A DNA stretch of 64,000 nucleotides from Alkalispirochaeta sp. GTDB lineage: Bacteria > Spirochaetota > Spirochaetia > DSM-27196 > Alkalispirochaetaceae. The stretch lies in assembly GCA_965242725.1 (NCBI GenBank), contig CBDESZ010000018.1, positions 192,001 to 256,000 of the forward strand, given 5' to 3'. A model generated the notes under the pieces. That model had not been told where the DNA came from and searched no databases. It saw only the letters and a list, made by a program, of their open reading frames with translations. Of this stretch, positions 1-9,781 are shown in pieces (within the stretch, counting starts at the first letter, position 1; each line of letters begins with the position of its first letter). The position numbers and the translations under genes are program-made.

Positions 1-152
1 CGTCACGGTGAGGAATCGTCCCGCTTTTCCGCCCCCGTCTCGGAGGAATTTCGCAGAGGAATGCGTGTTCTCCGTGGCGACGGGATACGGGAGAATACGT
101 GACCACCCGCAGCAGAAGCGCCGCTTGTCCGACGACGTTGCGTGGCGCGGTG

Positions 153-734
153 CTAAAGATCGCGATAAAAGGGGCTGAGATTGCTCTCGGCACCGATCGT
201 TGACGGCGGGCCGATAGAGGGAAGAATCAGGGTATCCCTGTTGTGATGGAAGAGGTTGTCCTTCACCGACGCGATAAGAAGTGCCTCCGCATAGGCACTT
301 GTCGTTTCACCTATCGTGCCGGCGTGTATGATGGAACCGGTAAAAATGACTTCATCGAGACTGTAAAAGAATGAACTCCGGGAGTGGGGCAATGCCGGAA
401 TAGCGGCAACCTGGAAATCATCGAGGTCAATCGTAGACTCTCCCGTCAACGCCTTATTGTGACAGGAATAGACATTTTCTTCGCCACAGAAGAGAGAAAA
501 ATGAAAGATTCTGGTGAGCGTTTTTACCGCCCGTTCCATATATGATTCCGGATGGGTGACGAAAACGTGGGATATGACCAGGTTGTTCCGCAGGATCAGG
601 GTGAAGAAGTCCGTATCAAGCGGTACGGGATCAAAGATCACCCCCTGTCTGGAACCTTCCGTGGAGACAAGGTAGGTCGTCGTTTCACTGCGGGGGGAAA
701 AATACGGAATGATGCGCAAATGTCCGTTGGTCAA
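153..734 (-). CDS. Metallo-beta-lactamase-fold (glyoxalase II-like) protein with degenerate metal ligands
   Basis: MBL scaffold motifs in order: TYLV, VIFDP, VFVTH, PHS, IFTGS, ILPSIGPPSTIG. The canonical THxHxDH reads THPESYM. ATGA overlap with the upstream gene. Confidence 0.75.
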   Translation of the reverse strand: MTNGHLRIIPYFSPRSETTTYLVSTEGSRQGVIFDPVPLDTDFFTLILRNNLVISHVFVTHPESYMERAVKTLTRIFHFSLFCGEENVYSCHNKALTGESTIDLDDFQVAAIPALPHSRSSFFYSLDEVIFTGSIIHAGTIGETTSAYAEALLIASVKDNLFHHNRDTLILPSIGPPSTIGAESNLSPFYRDL

Positions 735-1267
735 AAAAAGGCCTCGTCGTGGTTGCTGTGTTTGAATGAGACTTCATTTCTTCCGCTGTACTGAAAGAAT
801 GCGTGGCGGAGGTCGCAGTTGATGAACTTCACCGTGGTGAGGCGGGCGTTAATGAAGCGGCTTCGTCGCAGCGAAGCGTCACTGAAGTCCGTTTCCTGGG
901 CCTGAATGGCGTTGAAATTGCACTGATTCGCCGTTGCGGCGAAAAAGGAACAACCCCGCATCTTCGCACCGGCGAATACGGATTCAAATATGTATGCTTC
1001 CGTAAAGGTAGTATTTTCGACAACGGTGAAATCGGCAAAAATTCCTTCAAGGGTGGCGTTGTCGAAACGGCAGTTTTCAATTTGTGCGCCGGTCAGGCGG
1101 ATCCACCGCAAATGCCGGCCTGAAAAATCGAGGTCATGCAAATGGGCTCCTCTACAGTCCATATGCGCGAGCATTTCCGTTGTGTCGTTGAGCAGTGCCG
1201 CGATGACCTCGCGGTCCGCACGTTGAGAAAACACCTCTTCAGTGTACGTCCACGTCGTTGCTTGCAC
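731..1267 (-). CDS. Pentapeptide repeat protein
   Basis: Tandem A(D/N)LxX-type pentapeptides (AHLHDLDFSG, AQIENCRFDNATL, TDFSDASLRRSRFINARL). GTG start is uncertain. Confidence 0.85.
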   Translation of the reverse strand: MQATTWTYTEEVFSQRADREVIAALLNDTTEMLAHMDCRGAHLHDLDFSGRHLRWIRLTGAQIENCRFDNATLEGIFADFTVVENTTFTEAYIFESVFAGAKMRGCSFFAATANQCNFNAIQAQETDFSDASLRRSRFINARLTTVKFINCDLRHAFFQYSGRNEVSFKHSNHDEAFF

Positions 1268-1290
1268 AAGGCCATCGGCAAGGCTACAAT
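1262..1290 (+). promoter_or_regulatory. sigma70-like promoter, probably leaderless
   Basis: TTGCAC-17 nt-TACAAT, then 6 nt to ATG 1297; no SD. Confidence 0.6.
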
Positions 1291-1296
1291 CCTGCC

Positions 1297-1602
1297 ATGG
1301 CGGTATGCTACAATTGCGGCACTCCGATCACCGCGGAGATGCCGATCGGAAGATCCCTCGAATGCGACACGTGCCGGAGACCCGTCAGATGCTGCAGGAA
1401 TTGTCTCTTCTACCAGCCCGGGGCTCACTGGGATTGCCGGGAAAACATACCGGAAGCGGTCCATGACAAGGAGCGGGGCAATTTTTGCGACTATTTCCGA
1501 CCGAATAATCGTATCGAACCGGACCGGCCGACGGGTGGCACAAACGGCCGACCGGGAGGCGACTCCTCGGCGCGGAAGAAATTTGACGACCTCTTTTCAT
1601 GA
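1297..1602 (+). CDS. Small Cys-rich (putative zinc-binding) hypothetical protein
   Basis: MAVCYNC..CDTC..CCRNC..C..NFCDYF, 9 Cys in 101 aa. Start moved to ATG 1297 to fit the promoter. Confidence 0.75.
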   Translation: MAVCYNCGTPITAEMPIGRSLECDTCRRPVRCCRNCLFYQPGAHWDCRENIPEAVHDKERGNFCDYFRPNNRIEPDRPTGGTNGRPGGDSSARKKFDDLFS

Positions 1603-1619
1603 TCCGGTAAGCTGCGACG

Positions 1620-2414
1620 ATGGTACTTTTCTTTGACTCCGGAATCGGCGGAGTATCCTACCTCCAGGAGTTTCAACGACGAACAAGCGATGCCCCGGTA
1701 CTCTACCTCGCCGACACAGCCTTTTTCCCATATGGAGATCGCCCGCCCGACGAAGTTCGCGGCAGGGTGGTATCGCTGATAACGGAAATGACCGAGCGCT
1801 TTCCACTGGATGCGGTCGTACTTGCGTGCAATACCGCGTCGGTAGTCGCCCTCGAAGCGACGCGGCGAGCCACGGAGATACCCATCATCGGTGTCGTCCC
1901 GGCGGTAAAGCCTGCGGCGACGAGGACAAGAACGCGTCATATCGCCGTTCTTGCGACAAATCGGACCGCCAACGATCCCTACACCGATGACCTGGTACGA
2001 CGATTTGCCGACTACTGCCGCGTCACCCGGCTTGGCCTGCCCCGGCTCGTAGAGGCGGCGGAGGCGAGTCTGTGCGGATCGTCGGACCCCTCGGTCCGTA
2101 CGGTGGTCGAGGAGGATATCGTCGGACGCCTCGACGCCGACGTTGACACAGTCGTGCTGGCGTGTACCCATTTTATCGGTATCCGCGACGAGATCGCGGC
2201 GGCACTTGGGCCTCAAAGGGAGGTCGTCGATTCCCTTGCCGGCGTGATACGACGACTCCTCTGGATACTTGAAGAGCGGAACATCACCCTCCGCGGAGAG
2301 TATTCACCACGCCCGCTCTTTCTCACGACCGCTCCCGTCATCGGGGATTTGTCGTGCCTTCCGTTTACCCCCGGCACCGTGGAATCGGGCTCCCTTCTGA
2401 TGCGCTATGAGTGA
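1620..2414 (+). CDS. murI: Glutamate racemase
   Basis: FDSGIGG, FFPYG, VLACNTAS and VLACTHF (both catalytic Cys present). Confidence 0.95.
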   Translation: MVLFFDSGIGGVSYLQEFQRRTSDAPVLYLADTAFFPYGDRPPDEVRGRVVSLITEMTERFPLDAVVLACNTASVVALEATRRATEIPIIGVVPAVKPAATRTRTRHIAVLATNRTANDPYTDDLVRRFADYCRVTRLGLPRLVEAAEASLCGSSDPSVRTVVEEDIVGRLDADVDTVVLACTHFIGIRDEIAAALGPQREVVDSLAGVIRRLLWILEERNITLRGEYSPRPLFLTTAPVIGDLSCLPFTPGTVESGSLLMRYE

Positions 2415-3330
2415 CGTGACTGCGACAATTCTCTGGGGAGCAAACAATATATTCACCGCCCGCAGCTCAGACGGACGGGTTCTGGAGAATCTGCGGATCA
2501 AGGGTAAAATTCTCGGCGATACCGACGATGCGTACAATCCCCTCGCGCCTGGTGATATCGTCATTGTCGGCGGCGCCGAGGGCGAGGCCTATACGATTCA
2601 TCGTCGCCTTCCTCGAAAAAACGCCGTCACCCGATGGAACAGGAAGCGACGGGCATTGCAGACCGTCGCCGCCAACGTCGATCGCCTCTTTGTTGTGGCA
2701 AGCGCGCGCCACCCGCGATACCATCCCGGTTTTGTCGATCGAGTCCTCGTCATGGCGGAACTTGAAAATATTGAAGCGGCGATCATTATCAACAAATCGG
2801 ACTTGTCCCTTCACGATGACGCGTCCCGTCACATCGAGACGCTCTCCCGCCTGCACTATGAGATACTCCGTACGGTGGCCCATCCCGAGGAGCCCCGGGG
2901 CATCGAGACCGTTTTACGGACCCATCGCGATGGCACCGCCGTCTTTTTCGGCGAATCCGGGGTGGGCAAGTCGTCGTTGATCAACCTGCTCGCGCCGGGG
3001 GCGGCGCTGGAAACGGGGGAGGTCTCCTTTCGATATGATCGCGGACGACACACCACAACTCTTGCCCGCCATATCGGCGCGGGAAATCGGGTCTATGTGG
3101 ATACGCCGGGAGTGCGTCACTTCCCCCTTGACCAATACGTGCCCACGGAAATTGCCGCGGGATTCCGGGAGTTCCGACCGGGCATAGAGAAATGCCGGAT
3201 GCCGAGCTGCACCCATATACATGAACCGGGATGTGCAGTCCGGGAAGCCCTCAATCGGGGCGAGATTTCAGAATTGCGCTATGAGTCGTATTGCAGAATC
3301 GTCGATGAGACGAGGGAGTTGATTCCATGA
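2407..3330 (+). CDS. rsgA: Small-subunit ribosome-dependent GTPase A
   Basis: OB-fold N-terminus, circularly permuted INKSD / GESGVGKSS / GRHTTT / DTPG, C-terminal CxxxxCxHxxEPGC zinc site. Confidence 0.95.
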   Translation: MSDVTATILWGANNIFTARSSDGRVLENLRIKGKILGDTDDAYNPLAPGDIVIVGGAEGEAYTIHRRLPRKNAVTRWNRKRRALQTVAANVDRLFVVASARHPRYHPGFVDRVLVMAELENIEAAIIINKSDLSLHDDASRHIETLSRLHYEILRTVAHPEEPRGIETVLRTHRDGTAVFFGESGVGKSSLINLLAPGAALETGEVSFRYDRGRHTTTLARHIGAGNRVYVDTPGVRHFPLDQYVPTEIAAGFREFRPGIEKCRMPSCTHIHEPGCAVREALNRGEISELRYESYCRIVDETRELIP

Positions 3331-5684
3331 CGTCGCTGGAGGTGCTTGAGTTTTCACGGGTAGCGGCGGGAATCGCCGCATATGCGATGACGGAAGACGG
3401 ACGGGAGCTTGTCTCAAGCCTCACGCCCCTCTCGGATCGGGATGAGCTGACCCGGGAAAAAGGGTATGTCCGAAAGGTTCTCGCCATGCTTGAGCGGGGA
3501 ATACCCGCGCCGACGGGAGAAGTCCTTCCACTGGAAGGACTCTTCGACGCGGTGGAGCGGGAGGGAGCGGACCTGGATGGAGAATCGCTCCTTGAAATAC
3601 GCAGGTTTCTGGACTACGCCGCCAGCGTCATCGGATTTGTCGGAGGAGATGAGGATGAGCTTCTGCGCCCGCTCCATGACGATGTCGCCGTTCCGAAGGA
3701 ACTTCACCGGGAACTCACCCGGCTCATTACGCCTGATGGGAGCGTCAATGAAGACGCGATACCTGAGATTCGCCGGTACAAAGAAGAATTAGCGCGCATT
3801 ACCCAGACGCTCATCCGTCGTGCGGAAGGTCTCATCAGAGAGGCGCCGACGATGTATCACGGGGACCAGCCCACCGTACGTGACGGCAGAACGGTGATTC
3901 CCCTGGCGGCGAACTTCAAGGGAAGAATCGACGGAATCGTCCACGAGTCGTCGGGAAGCGGAGAAACGTTGTTTGTGGAACCCAGGGACCTTGTCGACCT
4001 GAACAACGAACTCACCCAGACGTCGTATGCAGTGCACCGGGAAATACGGCGTGTCCTGACCCGCCTCAGCGGCGTCGTCCGTTCGCTGCTACCCGAACTG
4101 CGCGATCTCTATGGGAGGGTGGTTCGGATCGATACGATCGTCGCCCGCGCACGGTGGGGATATGACAACGACGGGTCCCTCGTGGAGATCGGGACCAATC
4201 TCGACCTCCGCAATGGTCGTCATCCCCTGCTGGGACGATCATGTGTGCCTCTTTCCATACAATTTGATGAAGATGTACGCCTTCTCGTCATCAGCGGGCC
4301 GAACACCGGGGGAAAGACGGTGCTCATTAAGACGATCGGATTACTCACCGTCCTCCATCAGTGCGCCGTCCCGATTCCCGCCGATCCCGACAGCACCTTG
4401 CCCCTCTATACCCATTGGGGAGTCGACATCGGTGATGAGCAGTCAATCGACGAGCATCTGTCTACTTTTTCCGCCCATATGCGAAGAATCGCACAGATCG
4501 TCAATGAAGCGGGACCGGCGAGTCTCGTACTTCTCGATGAGCTGGGAACGGGAACCGACCCCGACGAAGGAGGGGCGCTCTCCCTTGCCATCGTTGATGA
4601 ACTTGTGGCACGGGGCAGCACCGTCCTCGTCAGCACCCATCAGACGGTGCTGAAACATTACGGCTATTCCCGGGCGGCGGCGCGAAATGTCTCAATGGAT
4701 TTTGACCAGACAACCCACCGGCCAACATACAGAATCGTTCCAGGCCGTCCCGGATCGAGTCACGCCATAGATACCGCCGCTGAACAGGGGCTTGATCGCG
4801 GCATCATAACGGCGGCGCGGGATTACGCCTCCGACCGCCACAACAACGTTGCAGAAATTATCGCACGATTACTCGAACAGGAAGAACATCTGCGATCGGC
4901 ACGGGAAGAGGTGGAAAATGAACGCCGTGCCATGGAGAGACGGTACACCGAGGTACGGACCAGAGAAGAAGAGCTGAATGAGCGGGAACGGGAAATCAGA
5001 CAGGGCTATATCCGGGAGCTTGACGTCGTCATCAGGGAGTCCCGCAAGGCGGTGGAAGGAGAGATCAGGAACATCCGGGAACGCGGGGACTCGTTGGAAA
5101 AAGAAACGATCAGGAGCGCCCACGATCAGATTCGTGACCTGGAGTCGCTGAGAGAGGAACTGTCTGAAGGCGTCCGGGAAAGCGAGGGCGCACAGACAGC
5201 CTCGAATAACGACGACTCCTCTCCCGGGATTCTTCAGCCGGGAACGGCGGTGACCCACGTCCGTACGGGGAAGGAAGGCGTCGTTAAATCGGTAGAAGGC
5301 GCCGGGAAAAAAAGAAAAGTCCTTGTCCAGTTTGGCGCGCTCCGCATGACCTTGTCGCCCGCCGACCTGAGGAGGTCACGGACCGAACAGCGACCCGTGC
5401 GTTATCAGACCCAGATCGGCAGGAGCAGCGCCGTCCTGGAACTTGATATTCGGGGAATGCGCCTGCGGGAAGCGCTGGCGATGTTGGAGACACAGGTTGA
5501 CGGCGCCGTTCTCTCCGGGCTCAGACACTTTTCGATCATTCACGGTACCGGTACGGGAGTTCTGCAGAAAGGAGTTCACGACTACCTCAAGGGTCGCAGC
5601 GAAGTCACCTCCTATTCCTTTGCGCGACCCGAAGAGGGCGGATTCGGAAAGACCACTGTTGAGCTTTCCTCGGCAAGCAGATAG
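3327..5684 (+). CDS. mutS2: MutS2 family ATPase with C-terminal Smr domain
   Basis: SGPNTGGKT, DIGDEQSI, STFSAH, LLDELGTGTDP, coiled coil, LDIRGM..IIHGTGTG Smr domain. Confidence 0.95.
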   Translation: MTSLEVLEFSRVAAGIAAYAMTEDGRELVSSLTPLSDRDELTREKGYVRKVLAMLERGIPAPTGEVLPLEGLFDAVEREGADLDGESLLEIRRFLDYAASVIGFVGGDEDELLRPLHDDVAVPKELHRELTRLITPDGSVNEDAIPEIRRYKEELARITQTLIRRAEGLIREAPTMYHGDQPTVRDGRTVIPLAANFKGRIDGIVHESSGSGETLFVEPRDLVDLNNELTQTSYAVHREIRRVLTRLSGVVRSLLPELRDLYGRVVRIDTIVARARWGYDNDGSLVEIGTNLDLRNGRHPLLGRSCVPLSIQFDEDVRLLVISGPNTGGKTVLIKTIGLLTVLHQCAVPIPADPDSTLPLYTHWGVDIGDEQSIDEHLSTFSAHMRRIAQIVNEAGPASLVLLDELGTGTDPDEGGALSLAIVDELVARGSTVLVSTHQTVLKHYGYSRAAARNVSMDFDQTTHRPTYRIVPGRPGSSHAIDTAAEQGLDRGIITAARDYASDRHNNVAEIIARLLEQEEHLRSAREEVENERRAMERRYTEVRTREEELNEREREIRQGYIRELDVVIRESRKAVEGEIRNIRERGDSLEKETIRSAHDQIRDLESLREELSEGVRESEGAQTASNNDDSSPGILQPGTAVTHVRTGKEGVVKSVEGAGKKRKVLVQFGALRMTLSPADLRRSRTEQRPVRYQTQIGRSSAVLELDIRGMRLREALAMLETQVDGAVLSGLRHFSIIHGTGTGVLQKGVHDYLKGRSEVTSYSFARPEEGGFGKTTVELSSASR

Positions 5685-5693
5685 GATCGGGGC

Positions 5694-6326
5694 GTGCACA
5701 AAACGATACGAATACTCATACTCGTCGCGGTGACGGTCACATTTTCCTCCTGTCTTTCCATGGATGTGGAGGTGGATGTGAGAAACCGGAACGACATGCG
5801 ACTCAACATGGAATACCGCATACCCCTTGAAATCTGGGAACTTGGTGTATTTGACGGCGACAGCGCGGAACGGGCGATTCCCGTTTCCCGTCGCGATGCC
5901 GAAGAAACTGCGACACTTCATCCCGATGTCAGGCTGGTAACATACAATCTGGAAGAACGTGAAGCCCTTGTCATTGTCACCGTCGCATATTCCGCGACCT
6001 CCGTTGACGGTCTGCGCAGTCTATGGGGAACGGTGTCGGACCGGCCGCTGGAACTTTCATTTTCAGACCGATCCCTTTCAATTCCTCTTTCCCCCGGCTT
6101 TGAAGGCGTCCAGGTGGACCGGGATCAGCGGGATCTGGTGGAACTGCTTTTTTCGGAGCAGACGTTCCGTGTAGCCGCCAGGCTTCCTGCAGATGCGACG
6201 GACCGGCGTGTTCCCGGGATACCGGGGGGACGTCTTCAATCGGACGACGGGTTGGTTGAATGGATCGTACCGATGGGGGGACTGGTACTTACCGATGTTC
6301 CCGCGGCAATCGAGGTTACGTGGTAA
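5694..6326 (+). CDS. Hypothetical lipoprotein
   Basis: Basic N-terminus, hydrophobic stretch, lipobox-like FSSC. Confidence 0.65.
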   Translation: MHKTIRILILVAVTVTFSSCLSMDVEVDVRNRNDMRLNMEYRIPLEIWELGVFDGDSAERAIPVSRRDAEETATLHPDVRLVTYNLEEREALVIVTVAYSATSVDGLRSLWGTVSDRPLELSFSDRSLSIPLSPGFEGVQVDRDQRDLVELLFSEQTFRVAARLPADATDRRVPGIPGGRLQSDDGLVEWIVPMGGLVLTDVPAAIEVTW

Positions 6327-6339
6327 AGGGTACGTCGGT

Positions 6340-6741
6340 ATGCGTGGACGGGAAGTAGAGGAATTTGAAAAGAAACTGAAACGCCTCTTTGACCAGCTTG
6401 ATGACGAACTGGAGGACCGCTGGGGCGGCACCTATCCCCTTCATCCCGCCCGACCGCCCCGGGGAAAGGCGACCAACAAGGAATTGGACGGACTCTTCAA
6501 TATCGGGGCGTCATTCAGCGCGGGATACGGCAGTGAATACGGACGGGGTTATGTCGTTGAGGTACGCCTGGTCACGCTGCGCTCCATTTCCGAAACTGTA
6601 TGGGACGAAATCCGTGAATATTGCGGCCGACGCATTCCAGAGCTCCTGGACCGGCACTTCCCGGATCGGGACCTCTCCCTCGTACAGGAAGGAAATACAT
6701 TCAAGATCGTAGGCGACCTCTCCCTCTCTTCGGAGTCGTAA
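6340..6741 (+). CDS. Hypothetical protein
   Basis: Protein-like sequence from ATG 6340 (MRGREVEEFEKKLK..YPLHPARP..GYVVEVRLVTL); fills the gap before the ATPase promoter. Confidence 0.7.
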   Translation: MRGREVEEFEKKLKRLFDQLDDELEDRWGGTYPLHPARPPRGKATNKELDGLFNIGASFSAGYGSEYGRGYVVEVRLVTLRSISETVWDEIREYCGRRIPELLDRHFPDRDLSLVQEGNTFKIVGDLSLSSES

Positions 6742-6760
6742 AAAACTTAACGAATGACCC

Positions 6761-6789
6761 TTGTCCCGCCTTTCCGTTGACGATAGTAT
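6761..6789 (+). promoter_or_regulatory. sigma70-like promoter of the V-ATPase operon
   Basis: TTGTCC-17-TAGTAT; AAGGA SD before ATG 6822. Confidence 0.55.
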
Positions 6790-6821
6790 GGGTCAAGCGA
6801 CTCAAATGAAAAGGACTATCC

Positions 6822-7433
6822 ATGGATACGCAACTGCAAGATATTATCCAGAAAATTCACGATGAAGGCGTCCAGGAAGCGGAAGCCCGGGCAAAAAAAA
6901 TCATTGAAGCTGCGGAAAAGAACGCCAAAGAGCGGATCGATCGGGCCAAAAATGAAGCCGAGCAGATAAAGAAGGACGCCGAGAAGGAAGCCGAAAAGGC
7001 TCAGGCCGCAGGCGAAGCGGCGCTGAAACAGGCGTCACGGGATCTGTTGCTATCGGTGCGCAAAGAACTCACCAGCCTTTTTGATTCGGTTCAAAAGGAA
7101 GCGGTGGGTGAAGCCCTTACCGCCCAACGGATGGGTGAAATAATCTCCTCCCTCGTCGCCGCTTGGGTGAAAGACGGGACGACCCGCGTGGAAGTCCTGG
7201 TAGGCGAAGATGACCGGGACGCCCTGGAAAACGAGTTGAAGAAGCGCCTCTCCGGCAAACTCAATGCAGGGTATGAGGTCAGACCGGTTCGTGGAATTTC
7301 AGCGGGATTCCGTATTTCCACCGGCGATTCCGGCGCGTACTACGATTTCACCGATGAATCGATATCGGAGCTTCTGGCGGCGTACCTCAATCCCCGTCTC
7401 GCCGCGGTCATGCAAAAGGCGACAAAGGAATAG
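6822..7433 (+). CDS. ntpE: V/A-type ATPase subunit E
   Basis: Charged coiled-coil N-terminus, ISAGFRI..YYDFT C-terminal motif, first gene of the operon. Confidence 0.85.
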   Translation: MDTQLQDIIQKIHDEGVQEAEARAKKIIEAAEKNAKERIDRAKNEAEQIKKDAEKEAEKAQAAGEAALKQASRDLLLSVRKELTSLFDSVQKEAVGEALTAQRMGEIISSLVAAWVKDGTTRVEVLVGEDDRDALENELKKRLSGKLNAGYEVRPVRGISAGFRISTGDSGAYYDFTDESISELLAAYLNPRLAAVMQKATKE

Positions 7434-7442
7434 GGTGCGCCC

Positions 7443-8012
7443 GTGGCCCAGTACTATTATACCGTTGCATCTTTACCGGCGCTGCGTTTTGAGGAGCTTC
7501 CCTTCCTGTCGCAAGAGGAGTTTCTCGACTATTGCCGAATCGAGGTAACACCGGAAGATCTTGCCCGTATAGAAGACGCACGGATCTGGTACGACGACGT
7601 CGTGCCGACGAAGCCTCTCTCACGGAGCAATGGTGTCTTACAGGAGTGGGTCGCCGGACTTCAGGAGCTGCAACGTCAAGGCGCGCTCATTCGTGCCCAG
7701 GCACTGGGTCGGGATACCGACCGCATTCCCCGTCCGGACGTCACCGATGCGGGGCTGCCCGAGCGACTTCGCCAGATATTAAATGAAGAAAACCCGTTAA
7801 AGACGGAAAATGCCCTTCTTCGACTGCTGTGGCAGCGCGCCGATGCATTGGAGACGGGACACCACTTCGATTGTGAAAAACTCATTGTGTACCACCTCAA
7901 ATTACAGATCGCCGCCCGCCGGGGAAGACTCCATGATACCGATGCGGGAAGTACGGAATTTGATCGCCAGTATGAAGTGGTTGCACAATCCCTGATGGAG
8001 ATTGCTACATGA
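7443..8012 (+). CDS. V-ATPase subunit C-like protein (DUF2764 family)
   Basis: YYYTVASLPAL N-terminus, HHFDCEKLIVYHLKLQI; lies between E and A. Confidence 0.75.
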   Translation: MAQYYYTVASLPALRFEELPFLSQEEFLDYCRIEVTPEDLARIEDARIWYDDVVPTKPLSRSNGVLQEWVAGLQELQRQGALIRAQALGRDTDRIPRPDVTDAGLPERLRQILNEENPLKTENALLRLLWQRADALETGHHFDCEKLIVYHLKLQIAARRGRLHDTDAGSTEFDRQYEVVAQSLMEIAT

Positions 8013-9781
8013 CAAACGGAAAAGTTGTCGCAATCAACGGTAACATGGTGAGTGTTGCCGTAGAAGGCGACGTTTCGATGAACGAGGTCGGATATATACT
8101 CGTCGAAGACAAGCGACTGAAGTCTGAGGTCATTCGTATACGGGGCAGCCAGGTGGAGCTGCAGGTTTTCGAGGATACCAAAGGTGTCACCATCGGCGAC
8201 CGGTGCGAGTTCACCCAGGAGATGCTTGCCGTCGAACTCGGTCCCGGACTGCTGTCGACGGTCTGCGACGGCCTGCAGAATCCGTTGCCCGAGTTGGCGG
8301 AACAGTCGGGTTTCTTCCTCCAGCGGGGATTGTACCTCCGCGCCCTGGACCGGACGCAAAAATGGGCTTTCACCCCCTCCGTTACCGTCGGAGATTCCGT
8401 CGAGGCCGGTGACCAGCTGGGAACCGTTCCTGAGGGAATCTTCAAGCACCGGATCATGGTTCCATTCAACTTCCAGGGAAGCTATAAAGTCATCTCCGTG
8501 GCGAATGCGGGAGACTACACGGTCGATGAAAAGGTGGCGGTCCTTGAAGATGAGGACGGCGGACGTCATGAGGTCACCATGGTATTTGAATGGCCCGTCA
8601 AGCGTGCCATCGACGTTTTTGCCGAGCGTATGCGTCCGGTTGAACCGATGGTCACCAAGGTTCGCCTCATAGATACCTTTTTACCCGTAGCACGGGGCGG
8701 GACGTATTGTATTCCCGGTCCCTTTGGTGCCGGAAAGACGGTGCTGCAGCAGATTACGAGCCGTAACGCCGAGGTTGACATCGTCATTATCGCCGCCTGC
8801 GGTGAACGCGCCGGTGAGGTTGTTGAAACGCTGCGGGAGTTCCCGGAACTGACCGATCCCCGGACGGGCAAGTCCCTGATGGAGCGTACCGTCATTATCT
8901 GTAACACCAGTTCCATGCCCGTCGCGGCCCGTGAAGCGTCGGTGTATACGGCGGTTACCATCGCCGAGTACTACCGCCAGATGGGTCTCAACGTGCTCAT
9001 GCTCGCCGACTCCACCAGCCGGTGGGCCCAGGCGATGCGTGAAATGAGCGGTCGTCTTGAAGAGATTCCCGGTGAAGAGGCTTTTCCGGCCTACCTCGAA
9101 TCGGTCATTGCCGCCTTTTACGAGCGCGCCGGTGTGGTCAGGTTGAAGAACGGCGAAACCGGATCGGTCACCATCGGAGGTACCGTAAGTCCCGCCGGCG
9201 GAAACTTTGAGGAGCCGGTAACCCAGGCGACACTGAAGGTCGTCGGAGCCTTTCACGGGCTCTCCCGGGCACGGTCGGACGCGCGGAAATACCCCGCCAT
9301 CGATCCAATGGACAGCTGGAGCAAGTATCCCGGTCTCGTCGATGAACAGCTGACCGAGTATTCCCGGGACGTCCTCTTTCGGGGCGACGAAGTCGGCCAG
9401 ATGATGAAGGTCGTCGGTGAAGAGGGAACCGCCCTCGAAGACTACATCCTCTATCTGAAGAGTGAATTCCTCGACGCCGTCTATCTTCAGCAGAACGCCT
9501 TTGACCCCGTCGACGCGGCCGTCGGCGTGGATCGGCAGCGACACGTCTTCGACCTGCTCTTCCGGATCGTCGGCTCCACGCTGAAACTTGACAGCAAGGA
9601 AAGCGCGCGGACGTACTTTTATCAGCTGCGCCAGAAATTTATTGACTATAACAGCGCCGAGTGGGACTCCGAAGATTTTGCCGCCTTGGAAAAAGAGATC
9701 GTGGAAATGCTCGATTCAGTCTCGGACGGTCTGGAGCCCAACGCGGAAGAAGCGTACAGCAAGCGGGGGAACAATGCGTAA
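8009..9781 (+). CDS. ntpA: V/A-type ATPase subunit A (catalytic)
   Basis: P-loop [34 protein letters not shown]. Confidence 0.97.
   Translation: MTNGKVVAINGNMVSVAVEGDVSMNEVGYILVEDKRLKSEVIRIRGSQVELQVFEDTKGVTIGDRCEFTQEMLAVELGPGLLSTVCDGLQNPLPELAEQSGFFLQRGLYLRALDRTQKWAFTPSVTVGDSVEAGDQLGTVPEGIFKHRIMVPFNFQGSYKVISVANAGDYTVDEKVAVLEDEDGGRHEVTMVFEWPVKRAIDVFAERMRPVEPMVTKVRLIDTFLPVARGGTYCIPGPFGAGKTVLQQITSRNAEVDIVIIAACGERAGEVVETLREFPELTDPRTGKSLMERTVIICNTSSMPVAAREASVYTAVTIAEYYRQMGLNVLMLADSTSRWAQAMREMSGRLEEIPGEEAFPAYLESVIAAFYERAGVVRLKNGETGSVTIGGTVSPAGGNFEEPVTQATLKVVGAFHGLSRARSDARKYPAIDPMDSWSKYPGLVDEQLTEYSRDVLFRGDEVGQMMKVVGEEGTALEDYILYLKSEFLDAVYLQQNAFDPVDAAVGVDRQRHVFDLLFRIVGSTLKLDSKESARTYFYQLRQKFIDYNSAEWDSEDFAALEKEIVEMLDSVSDGLEPNAEEAYSKRGNNA

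Noticed and set aside
1..152. Possible 3' end of a plus-strand gene (frame 1 open to TGA at 102)
   Set aside because: Too short, no recognisable motif, and other frames are also open.
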